Source: an uncultured Chitinophaga sp.
GTDB taxonomy: Bacteria; Bacteroidota; Bacteroidia; Chitinophagales; Chitinophagaceae
NCBI GenBank assembly: GCA_964424155.1
Contig: CAYRHU010000004.1
Location: 6,638-70,637 of the forward strand
Direction: 5' to 3'
Length of the DNA stretch: 64,000 nucleotides
In this document: piece after piece, positions 56,307 through 64,000 of the stretch
Layout of the letters: each line of letters starts with the position of its first letter
Position numbering within the stretch: position 1 is the first letter of the stretch
Position numbers and translations under genes: made by a program
The notes under the pieces: generated by a model
Databases searched by the model: none
What the model saw: only the letters and a program-made list of their open reading frames with translations
What the model was told of the DNA's origin: nothing

Positions 56307-56340
56307 CCTGCCTGCCGGCAGGCAGGTCCCCCGCGGGGGA
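56307..56340. repeat. two abutting GC-rich perfect palindromes (20 bp and 14 bp)
   Basis: CCTGCCTGCCGGCAGGCAGG at 56307-56326, then TCCCCCGCGGGGGA at 56327-56340, 12 nt after the dnaB stop. Confidence 0.85.
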
Positions 56341-56403
56341 CTTTGCAGGAGTTTGATGATTCGAAAAGTTCCTTCTTAAGGGGAGCTTTTTTATTTTTAC
56401 CGG

Positions 56404-57105
56404 ATGGCACTCCCTTTTTTTTATATCAATCATTACTCCGCCGGTCAGAAGCTGATCACGCTGGATGAAGACACCAGCCGGCATATAGTGCAGGTTCTGC
56501 GGATGAAGGCGGGAGAGGAGCTGCATCTCACCGATGGGAAAGGGAACCTGTTGACTTGCGGCATTGAGGATGCGAATAAAAGACATTGCCGGGTTGCCAT
56601 TAAAGCTATAAGGCAAATGGAACAAGGTACAGCTAAGGTTTCCGTGGCCATTTCGCTTTTGAAAAATGCCAATCGTTTCGAGTGGTTCCTCGAGAAGGCT
56701 ACCGAGATCGGCGTACGCGAGATCATCCCCCTGGTCTGCGACAGAACGGAAAAGGAAAAATTCCGTTACGACAGGATGCAGGGAATCTGCATCAGCGCCA
56801 TGCTGCAAAGCCGGCAATGCTGGTTACCGGTACTGAACGAACCAATGGCATTCCGGGAAGTTGCCGGATTAGCCGCAGACCGGAAATTCATCGCGTATTG
56901 TGAAGACGGGAATAAACAGGAGTTAGGCGCCGGTTCCGTTGATCCTTCTGCACACCAGTTGATATTGATCGGACCGGAAGGAGATTTTACCCCGGCAGAA
57001 ATAAACCTGGCGCTTCAGCATGAATTTATACCGGTAAGTCTAGGAAAAACAAGGCTCCGTTCGGAAACGGCCGGCGTTGCAGCCGCGGTGCTGCTTCTTC
57101 TGTAG
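56404..57105 (+). CDS. rsmE: 16S rRNA (uracil1498-N3)-methyltransferase RsmE
   Basis: 233 aa. PUA-like N-terminus (HIVQVLR), C-terminal IGPEGDFT and LG..LRSETA SPOUT knot motifs. Confidence 0.9.
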   Translation: MALPFFYINHYSAGQKLITLDEDTSRHIVQVLRMKAGEELHLTDGKGNLLTCGIEDANKRHCRVAIKAIRQMEQGTAKVSVAISLLKNANRFEWFLEKATEIGVREIIPLVCDRTEKEKFRYDRMQGICISAMLQSRQCWLPVLNEPMAFREVAGLAADRKFIAYCEDGNKQELGAGSVDPSAHQLILIGPEGDFTPAEINLALQHEFIPVSLGKTRLRSETAGVAAAVLLLL

Positions 57106-57282
57106 AAATAACCAACCGCGTTCAACTCTTTTATTGAAATGGGATCCGAAATAATCACCATGTGATGCGCCGGAAGGGTAGGATCGCGTTGAATTTCAGC
57201 GCCTGAAAGTTATCGCAGTTACCGGCCGATCAGAAAAATGCGAATCCGGACTGGATCAAGGTCAATGAACATGATGTAAATT

Positions 57283-60252
57283 GTGCTCCATTCATCCTGT
57301 ATGCTGCTGCGGCAACTGCTACTGATGGTTATGTTGTTATTGACCGGAATTATCTCAGGTCAATTCACCCGCTCTTCCTATACATATTCCGATGGCCTTC
57401 CCGATGATAATGTGACGTGCTTCCGGCAGGACCGGGAAGGGTTTTTATGGATCGGAACGACCAACGGGCTCTGCCGGTTTGATGGGACCCATTTTTATAT
57501 TTTTCCTTCGGGATTGTTAAACAGTAACAAACTCTCCGGTGACCTGATCCTTGATTTGGAGGAGGATGGAGATCATATCTGGGTCAGCCACCGTTTTGGC
57601 CTGAGCAGAGTGAACAAATTCAGTTTTCATTGTGAAAATTTTCAGTCACCCGACAGCGGGATAAGGTACACCATTGACCGGGCCATCCGGGATATTTATA
57701 AGGACAGCCAGGGAACCATCTGGCTTGCCGGCGACAGGCAACTGCTTCGGTTTGATAAGACCTCCGGGTCTATAAAGTATGTATGGGATTTTGGAAAGAA
57801 CAGGCCAAAAGGGGCGAGCAGCCAGTTAAGCAAGATCATACCTGCCGGTGTAAACCGCCTGTTACTCTACATGGTTAATGGCTGGGTGGAGTATGATATA
57901 AAAGAAAATAAACCCGGCACCCGTTTGTTGCGTACGATACCGATTGCATACATGAAAGGAGAAAACCTGCGGCTTCGGTCATACTGGAATACATTTATCT
58001 CTAATTTTTTTGTATGGTATGATACCGGTAAGGGCAATATGACGATTAGTTTGTCGGATTCTGCCGGGGCCATTATGCAGGTTAAAAATATTTATGTAGA
58101 CAGCAACCTGACCCTTTATACCAATAGTGAGAAAAAAAAGGTTACTGCGTGGAAAAAAGATAACACGTTATTCAGAAGTAATGCTTCTGATAAAATACAG
58201 GACAACATACGTTTGCAGGAATTCAATTTCGGTTGCAGTATCAACGGGTTACAGTGCTGGGGCAGCCCTACGGGATTGTTCATCAATAGTAACCGGTCGG
58301 CCTGGGCCAATGAATACTTTTTTTCAGTCCGGGATGGTGGAATGACTCTCAGGCCGTTCGGTATTCGTCATGTTATGGAATACGACGATGATCATTGGCT
58401 TGTAGCAGCGGATGGCGGAATGTTTCGGGTGAACAGGGTCACGCATGAGGTACACCCCTACCCGCAATGGACTGACTCCTCCGTTTATACTATGCAGGTG
58501 ATGCCGGACCGGTCATTGTGGCTGAGCACGGATCGGTTTCTTTATCAATATTATCCGGACAACGGAAAGATCTTACGGCGCATTTTCATTGATTCGTATG
58601 CGATGTCCCTGCATTATTTTGATCGGAAATTACTGGTGGCCACACGCAGCAGCGGGATCCTATTGCTGGATCTGGACCGGTACACGCTGGTAAAAATAAG
58701 CGCTAAGGACCCCATAAAGAAAATCAACAATGACCGCATCACTTCCGTAAAACAGGCGGGTAACAGCGGAAGTTTTATCATAACATATAATTTTCCAGGG
58801 CATTACTCCCGCAATAACTTTAATACCGGTGAATACCTGCCGGACAGCATCCCGGCAGCCGCATCTGTATTTAATGAGCAGTTTGCACTTACTTCAGTTC
58901 AAACCGGGTATAAACAACTTTGGCTTGGTCAGTATGTTGGCGGGGTAGTCATGTATGACAGCACATCGGGTACCTGGACAAATTTTACGAGTCAAACCGG
59001 GCTTTCGAGTAATTATATTAATGAGATTCTAATGGACCGGTCAGGCCGGACCTGGATCGTAACGGACAGGGGCATTGATATATATGATAGTGTTAAAAAG
59101 AATTTTTATAAGTTTCCGCTGTTGTTGCGTTCGGGTGGCCGGACCGGGGGATTCATCAGCCGGAAAGGCACACTGGTATTTTTTGACGGGGAAAAGATTA
59201 TTGAAACCGACCCCAGGTTGTTTAACCTGGAACCGGAGAACAGAAAAATACTATTCAGCCGGGTGATACAGGGTGATCAACAAATGAATATAAGGGAAAG
59301 TTCACTTAAGCTTCCTTACCATAAAAATTCGCTGAACATTATTTTTTCCCTGCAGAAACTTGAACCGAGTGTGAAAACCCGGTATGGTTACCGGCTCAGT
59401 GACAAGGACGGCTGGACGGATATCGGCACGGAAACTGAACTCAATTTTGCCAGTATGCAGCCCGGAACCTATCATTTACGGTTAAGGGCGACGGATGAGT
59501 TTGGACAGTGGAGTCATTACTCCGGCATCTTATCCATCCGCATTCTCCCACCCTTCTGGAAAACCTGGTGGTTTTTCCTGCTGGTCGCCCTTTTCCTTAC
59601 CGGGTTGTTGTGGATGATTTACCGTTACCGGATCCGTCAGCTGAGGAAAATACTTGCGATGCGGACCAAGATCTCACAGGACCTGCACGATGAGGTGGGT
59701 GCTACCCTAAGCGGGGTGACGCTAATGAGTGAACTGGCCAATGAAAAACTGAAGACGCGGAACACAGGGGAAACGCAATCTATCATCGAGCGGATCACCA
59801 CCGAATCAAAGGAAATGGCGGAGAAAATGAACGATATTGTATGGACCATCAATCCTGTAAACGACTCCATGGAAAAAGTGCTGAACAAGATACAGGGTTA
59901 TGGAATCAATATCTGCGCATCGCGAAACATCCAGTTTCATTTCACACGTCCCGAAGCAAGAGAGGAAATATCGCTGAATATGCAGATCAGGAATACAATT
60001 TACATGATCAGCAAGGAAGCCATCAACAATGCGGTCAAGTATTCAGGTGCCGGGAATATCCGCTTCAGTTTGTCGGGGAAAAGGAATAACTATGCACTTA
60101 CAATATCCGATGATGGAGCGGGGTTTGACACAGCCGGGTCCTACACAGGGAATGGTCTGGTAAACATGAAAGCAAGAGCCGCGGAGATCGGGGGCCAGTT
60201 AACGATAGAATCGGATGCTGAAAATGGCACACATATCAGGCTGAGGTTTTGA
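57283..60252 (+). CDS. sensor histidine kinase with beta-propeller repeats, Y_Y_Y domain, HisKA_3 and HATPase domains
   Basis: 989 aa. Propeller-type repeats (WIGTTNGL...), TM FWKTWWFFLLVALFLTGLLW, H box DLHDEVGATLSG and G boxes DDGAGF / GNGL. ATG at 57301 is an alternative start. Confidence 0.87.
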   Translation: MLHSSCMLLRQLLLMVMLLLTGIISGQFTRSSYTYSDGLPDDNVTCFRQDREGFLWIGTTNGLCRFDGTHFYIFPSGLLNSNKLSGDLILDLEEDGDHIWVSHRFGLSRVNKFSFHCENFQSPDSGIRYTIDRAIRDIYKDSQGTIWLAGDRQLLRFDKTSGSIKYVWDFGKNRPKGASSQLSKIIPAGVNRLLLYMVNGWVEYDIKENKPGTRLLRTIPIAYMKGENLRLRSYWNTFISNFFVWYDTGKGNMTISLSDSAGAIMQVKNIYVDSNLTLYTNSEKKKVTAWKKDNTLFRSNASDKIQDNIRLQEFNFGCSINGLQCWGSPTGLFINSNRSAWANEYFFSVRDGGMTLRPFGIRHVMEYDDDHWLVAADGGMFRVNRVTHEVHPYPQWTDSSVYTMQVMPDRSLWLSTDRFLYQYYPDNGKILRRIFIDSYAMSLHYFDRKLLVATRSSGILLLDLDRYTLVKISAKDPIKKINNDRITSVKQAGNSGSFIITYNFPGHYSRNNFNTGEYLPDSIPAAASVFNEQFALTSVQTGYKQLWLGQYVGGVVMYDSTSGTWTNFTSQTGLSSNYINEILMDRSGRTWIVTDRGIDIYDSVKKNFYKFPLLLRSGGRTGGFISRKGTLVFFDGEKIIETDPRLFNLEPENRKILFSRVIQGDQQMNIRESSLKLPYHKNSLNIIFSLQKLEPSVKTRYGYRLSDKDGWTDIGTETELNFASMQPGTYHLRLRATDEFGQWSHYSGILSIRILPPFWKTWWFFLLVALFLTGLLWMIYRYRIRQLRKILAMRTKISQDLHDEVGATLSGVTLMSELANEKLKTRNTGETQSIIERITTESKEMAEKMNDIVWTINPVNDSMEKVLNKIQGYGINICASRNIQFHFTRPEAREEISLNMQIRNTIYMISKEAINNAVKYSGAGNIRFSLSGKRNNYALTISDDGAGFDTAGSYTGNGLVNMKARAAEIGGQLTIESDAENGTHIRLRF

Positions 60253-60259
60253 AATTCAC

Positions 60260-60290
60260 CCGGCCGGGGGATACCGGCCGGCCAATTTTG
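60260..60290 (+). terminator. GC hairpin between the kinase and regulator genes (terminator or attenuator)
   Basis: CCGGCCGG 60260-60267 / CCGGCCGG 60274-60281, then CCAATTTTG. Confidence 0.5.
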
Positions 60291-60311
60291 ATTTCAATTT
60301 TGGAAAGATAA

Positions 60312-60956
60312 ATGAACATACGGATCGCAATATTTGAAGATAACAAACTTATCCGGGATGCTTACGAGGCTATTTTGTCCGGAATCCAGGGCTACCAGTG
60401 CACCGGAGTGTTCAGCAACTGCGCCGACCTTGACTTTTCAATCCGGAAGAGCAACCCGGATGTCGTACTGATGGATATTGAAATGCCAGGCACGGATGGT
60501 ATTGAAGCCACCGGTTATATCAGTAAAAATTTCCCGGATATCAAAATCCTGATCCAGACTGTATTTGAGGATGATGAGCGTATTTTTGCGGCAATTTGCG
60601 CCGGTGCATCGGGTTATATACTAAAGAGCAATGGCATGAATAAACTGCTGGATGCGATCACCGAAGTTTACAACGGGGGCTCACCCATGTCTTCCAGCAT
60701 TGCAGCCAGGGTGTTAAAGCTCTTTCAGCAATTCGCTCCACCGACCGCTTCCGGCTCCGGGGAATATAACCTGAGTGAGCGTGAAAAGGAAATACTCTCC
60801 CTTATGGTGGAAGGGCTCGACTTCCGCAGCATCGGGAGCCGGTATTTCATCAGTTACGAAACCGTGCGCACCCATGTAAAAAAGATATACAGAAAATTGC
60901 ATGTTACTTCCGCTTCCGAGGCGGTAGCGCTGGCTATACGGAAACACCTTGTCTGA
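60312..60956 (+). CDS. NarL/LuxR-family response regulator
   Basis: Receiver (VVLMDIEMPGTDG) plus LuxR HTH (LSEREKEILSLMVEGL...ETVRTHVKKIYRKL). Confidence 0.92.
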   Translation: MNIRIAIFEDNKLIRDAYEAILSGIQGYQCTGVFSNCADLDFSIRKSNPDVVLMDIEMPGTDGIEATGYISKNFPDIKILIQTVFEDDERIFAAICAGASGYILKSNGMNKLLDAITEVYNGGSPMSSSIAARVLKLFQQFAPPTASGSGEYNLSEREKEILSLMVEGLDFRSIGSRYFISYETVRTHVKKIYRKLHVTSASEAVALAIRKHLV

Positions 60957-60992
60957 TACAATCTCCGGTTACTTCTCCCCGATACTTAGGAT

Positions 60993-61012
60993 AATACCCC
61001 AATTGGGGTATT
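60993..61012. promoter_or_regulatory. perfect 20-bp palindrome AATACCCCAATTGGGGTATT
   Basis: Lies 37 nt after the NarL/LuxR regulator stop and 50 nt before the ATG at 61062. No T-run follows it. Confidence 0.5.
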
Positions 61013-61061
61013 GAAGCCGGTACCCGCAGTGGTTAGGTTTGCCTGTCAAAAAACCTTTGCT

Positions 61062-62168
61062 ATGAGAAAACAGTTCCTCCTGCTTTTTGGCCTGTTGACC
61101 GCCGGTACAGGTATATATGCTACAGTTTATACAGTGAGCAATGATCCCTTCAAACCTGCGCAATATACCAGCCCGGCCACCGCTCTTGCCGCCGCCAGCC
61201 CGGGTGATACGCTGTATATTTACGGATCACCTAACGAATACGGCGACTTCGCAATAAATAAAAGTATTGTCATTATCGGCCCCGGTTTCAACACCCGGAA
61301 AGAGTTTTTTTATAAGGCCAAGTTTCGCTTTATTGATCTTCCATCCGGCGCATTAAACAATCTGATAATGGATGGAATCGTTTGCCAGTCGATCCGGCTT
61401 TCTACCACCGCCTTCAGTTATTCCGGCATCACGTTTAGAAACCTGATAGTTTCAGACGGCATTTCCAGTACTACCGGAAGTGCTGCCGCTTGCGGCGCCA
61501 GCTATACCGACTGGCTGATCGAGAATTGTTATATTAATGCGATGAACATGCTGGCAAATTTTTCCTGCAACCCGATCTCACCCGCAGTCAACGGATTCCT
61601 GGTCAGGAACTCGGTCATCGGGTATATCGGAAACGGTATTGATAACTATAACCTGACTTTCACCAATTGCCAGTTCGGTACAAGCAGCGGCGGTACTTTC
61701 TGGCGAACAAGGAACTGTGTTTTCAACAATTGCATTTTTTACTGGATGAGTTTTATCCAGCATCCATTTAATGAGAATAACCAGTTCAATAATTGCCTCA
61801 CCTACCAGACACAGGTTCCCAGCCAGACCTTTAACCTGGGATCTGACTGGTCCGGCGGCGCCACGGGCACAGCGAACAACTGCATCATCAACCAGAACCC
61901 GTTGTGGGTCACCGCACCGGCTTTGTCGTTTTTCAGTATCGTATCATTGTCTGTTCCCAACGTGTGGAACCCGGTTCTTCAGGCAGGCTCGCCCGCAATA
62001 AATGCCGGATCAGACGGTTCCGATATCGGAGTTACCGGCGGATTAATCCCGTACAATTATTTCGCTGAGCCCAAAATACCGGTGATAAGGAGGTACAAGC
62101 TGCTGAACCCGGTTGTTCCGCCCAACGGCACCGTAACAGTAAATGCTACCGCCACCAAGGCCCAGTAA
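61062..62168 (+). CDS. secreted protein, right-handed beta-helix-like
   Basis: Start at ATG 61062 (MRKQFLLLFGLLTAGTGIYA). Repeated short N/C/I-rich rungs (FRNLIV.., IENCYI.., FTNCQF.., FNNCIF.., ANNCII..). Confidence 0.6.
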   Translation: MRKQFLLLFGLLTAGTGIYATVYTVSNDPFKPAQYTSPATALAAASPGDTLYIYGSPNEYGDFAINKSIVIIGPGFNTRKEFFYKAKFRFIDLPSGALNNLIMDGIVCQSIRLSTTAFSYSGITFRNLIVSDGISSTTGSAAACGASYTDWLIENCYINAMNMLANFSCNPISPAVNGFLVRNSVIGYIGNGIDNYNLTFTNCQFGTSSGGTFWRTRNCVFNNCIFYWMSFIQHPFNENNQFNNCLTYQTQVPSQTFNLGSDWSGGATGTANNCIINQNPLWVTAPALSFFSIVSLSVPNVWNPVLQAGSPAINAGSDGSDIGVTGGLIPYNYFAEPKIPVIRRYKLLNPVVPPNGTVTVNATATKAQ

Positions 62169-62189
62169 TCACCTGTTCAACCGGTTCGT

Positions 62190-64000
62190 ATGAAAAAATT
62201 CTTATGGATCACAGGTTTCCTGTTGGCCGGGATGCTCAAAGGCGTGCTGGCCCAGAACATCGACCGCTTCGAATATTTCTTTGATACCGATCCGGGAGCG
62301 GGGAACGGCACTTCTTATGTACCGGCAGCCGCTGATTCGGTAACGGTGAACCTGGTACTGAACATCACCGGCTTGCCCGCGGGCCATCATAAGGCCGGGT
62401 TCAGGGCACGGTATGCTGATGGAAAATGGTCGCATGCAGAGTTCCGCTCGCTTTTTATAGTGACGATACCCCCCAGTAGCAATACGTCAGTCACCCGTAT
62501 TGAATATTTTCTGGATACCGATCCCGGTGTGGGGAGCGGAACAGCCGTCAATTTTTCCCCGGCGGATTCGGTCACCACTGATTTTGCTGTGGATATCACT
62601 TCCATACCCGCCGGGCATCACCGGATCGGTATCCGTTCATTGAATACAAGCGGTATCTGGTCGCATACGGAATACCGAACCCTGTTCATCGTTTCACCGC
62701 CGGGTAACAGTAACCAGGAAATCGTGCAGGGAGAAATGTATATCGGGGATACGGATCCCGGTATAGGCCTGGCTGCGCCCATTGCAGTACCGGTACCGGG
62801 CGACAGCATTACCATATTGCGTGACAGCATTTTGAACAATCTTCCGCAGGGCCAGTATAAACTCAATCTGCGGTTTAAAGACAACAGGGGTGTGTGGAGC
62901 CACCAGGAGACAAGGGTCATTTCCGTATGCACCACCTACGGGGCGCAATCGGAGTTTGATTATCTAATAGAAGGCAACCGCGTTTTCTTTACTAATAATT
63001 CCTTATACGAGGATACGGTGAGCTGGAAGTTCGGTGATAACACCGTAGATACCGTTTATCATCCGGTTAAAACATACGCGAATGCGGGCAACTACAATGT
63101 TCAGTTGATCACGGGCAACAGTTGCGGCGTCGATACGCTCGACCAGGCTGTTGAGATAAGGGGATTGCAGCGCGTAAATGCCAACCGCGCCGGCAATGCG
63201 GGGGTCAGCACCCTGATGTACGAGGGATTCGGATTCACGGCCTCCACAAATGTTAAAATGATCCTGGGCGCACAGGTATTCAACCCGGTCACGAAAATAT
63301 TTTTAAACAGCAACCGTATCCGCGCCTACTTTGATCTGACCGGGCTCGCACCCGGCTGGTACCGGGCCGTTGCCACCCTGGGAGGCGCATTCGATACGTT
63401 GAATAATGCATTGCTGATCGAAAACGATATTCCTGTAGAACTCACTTTGAATGTTCCGAACGGGAAGGCGTTTTCCAGACCAGGCAGAATGGGGCTAAAT
63501 GGCGTTATTATCAATCGCGGCAGCCAGGATGCTGTTATGGTTCCCTATGTGGTAACGGCAAATGTACTGCCCGGCACCTCGCCAGCCAATATGACAACAC
63601 AGGTTGACGCCGAACAGGTGCCGCTGTTAAATGAGGGGATCTTCCAGCATACGTACCAGTATATTTCCGGTAACGCGGTTCCTGCAGAAGTCATGTTCTT
63701 CAACGACCTGGATACAGCACGAAAACGCCAGCTTGTGGGTGGATATATCACCCGGATCGGAGGCCATTCCTCCGTGCAGCAAAGGGTCCGCTTTCCGCAT
63801 CCCGGTTCATCGCCCTATGTTTACCAGGTAGGCGCCGCCGTTCTGGGTCCCTTACTGGATTCTTATGCGCTGTTGGATTCTATTGAAACCGATTACCAGG
63901 CTTGTTACAGTTCGTTCCTTAAGCGGGCCGTTGAAAGAGAACTGAATGTCACAGTTAATGATGCGGGCTGGAACAATTGTTTTGTACCCGCATTTGATAC
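62190..64000 (+). CDS. large secreted protein, 5' part (continues past window end): three about 77-aa FDTDPG modules plus a PKD domain
   Basis: Not in the supplied ORF track because there is no stop before nt 64000. I read an uninterrupted frame from ATG 62190 (MKKFLWITGFLLAGMLKGVLAQ) to the window end, about 603 codons. Modules lie at 62256-62927. PKD signature WKFGDN...GNYNVQLI. Confidence 0.8.
   Translation, partial: MKKFLWITGFLLAGMLKGVLAQNIDRFEYFFDTDPGAGNGTSYVPAAADSVTVNLVLNITGLPAGHHKAGFRARYADGKWSHAEFRSLFIVTIPPSSNTSVTRIEYFLDTDPGVGSGTAVNFSPADSVTTDFAVDITSIPAGHHRIGIRSLNTSGIWSHTEYRTLFIVSPPGNSNQEIVQGEMYIGDTDPGIGLAAPIAVPVPGDSITILRDSILNNLPQGQYKLNLRFKDNRGVWSHQETRVISVCTTYGAQSEFDYLIEGNRVFFTNNSLYEDTVSWKFGDNTVDTVYHPVKTYANAGNYNVQLITGNSCGVDTLDQAVEIRGLQRVNANRAGNAGVSTLMYEGFGFTASTNVKMILGAQVFNPVTKIFLNSNRIRAYFDLTGLAPGWYRAVATLGGAFDTLNNALLIENDIPVELTLNVPNGKAFSRPGRMGLNGVIINRGSQDAVMVPYVVTANVLPGTSPANMTTQVDAEQVPLLNEGIFQHTYQYISGNAVPAEVMFFNDLDTARKRQLVGGYITRIGGHSSVQQRVRFPHPGSSPYVYQVGAAVLGPLLDSYALLDSIETDYQACYSSFLKRAVERELNVTVNDAGWNNCFVPAFD

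Noticed and set aside
1-64000. Mobile elements, prophage, tRNA, rRNA or integrative islands.
   Set aside because: I recognised no transposase, integrase, phage structural gene, tRNA-like or rRNA-like sequence by eye. A tRNAscan or Rfam run would be needed to exclude small RNAs formally.

Overview
This is a 64-kb chromosomal window from a Bacteroidota genome. Gene content points to Chitinophagaceae or Sphingobacteriia: T9SS type-A and type-B C-terminal sorting domains, PorP/SprF partner genes, LytTR regulators and propeller/Y_Y_Y sensor kinases. I call about 48 tightly packed protein genes. Most are core housekeeping genes: recG, grpE-dnaJ, recN, dnaB, rsmE, hpt, aqpZ, a Nif3/zinc-ribbon pair, a peroxiredoxin, an rRNA methyltransferase and a WecA/MraY-type transferase. 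The rest are envelope or secretion genes. These include an OmpA protein with thrombospondin-3 repeats, two giant PKD-repeat T9SS type-B cargo genes each followed by a porP/sprF gene, and two sorting-domain-only mini-proteins. There are three two-component modules. One long ORF (62190 to beyond 64000, + strand) is missing from the supplied track because it has no stop inside the window. I recognised no rRNA, tRNA, CRISPR array, transposase, integrase or phage gene. I do not see a convincing new multi-gene protein system. The only accessory-looking protein islet lies between recN and dnaB at 50.5-54.3 kb (cytoplasmic EEP nuclease, divergent M19-like amidohydrolase, 167-aa unknown), and its genes look separately transcribed. 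The most unusual signal is non-coding. Many intergenic spacers parse into 7-nt words that stay in phase for 40-176 bp. Several are imperfect palindromes starting at or on the upstream stop codon. Three of them (5146-5243, 26313-26403, 27081-27178) are clearly one repeat family, and one 176-bp convergent spacer (9311-9486) consists entirely of 25 in-phase heptamers with complementary ends. Other unexplained structures are an 18-bp inverted-repeat-flanked 174-bp element, a shared GC-rich palindrome at two loci, a perfect 20-bp palindrome after a NarL-type regulator gene, and phased T-tracts in a 735-bp gene-free gap. All family calls rest on motifs read by eye, and no database search was run.
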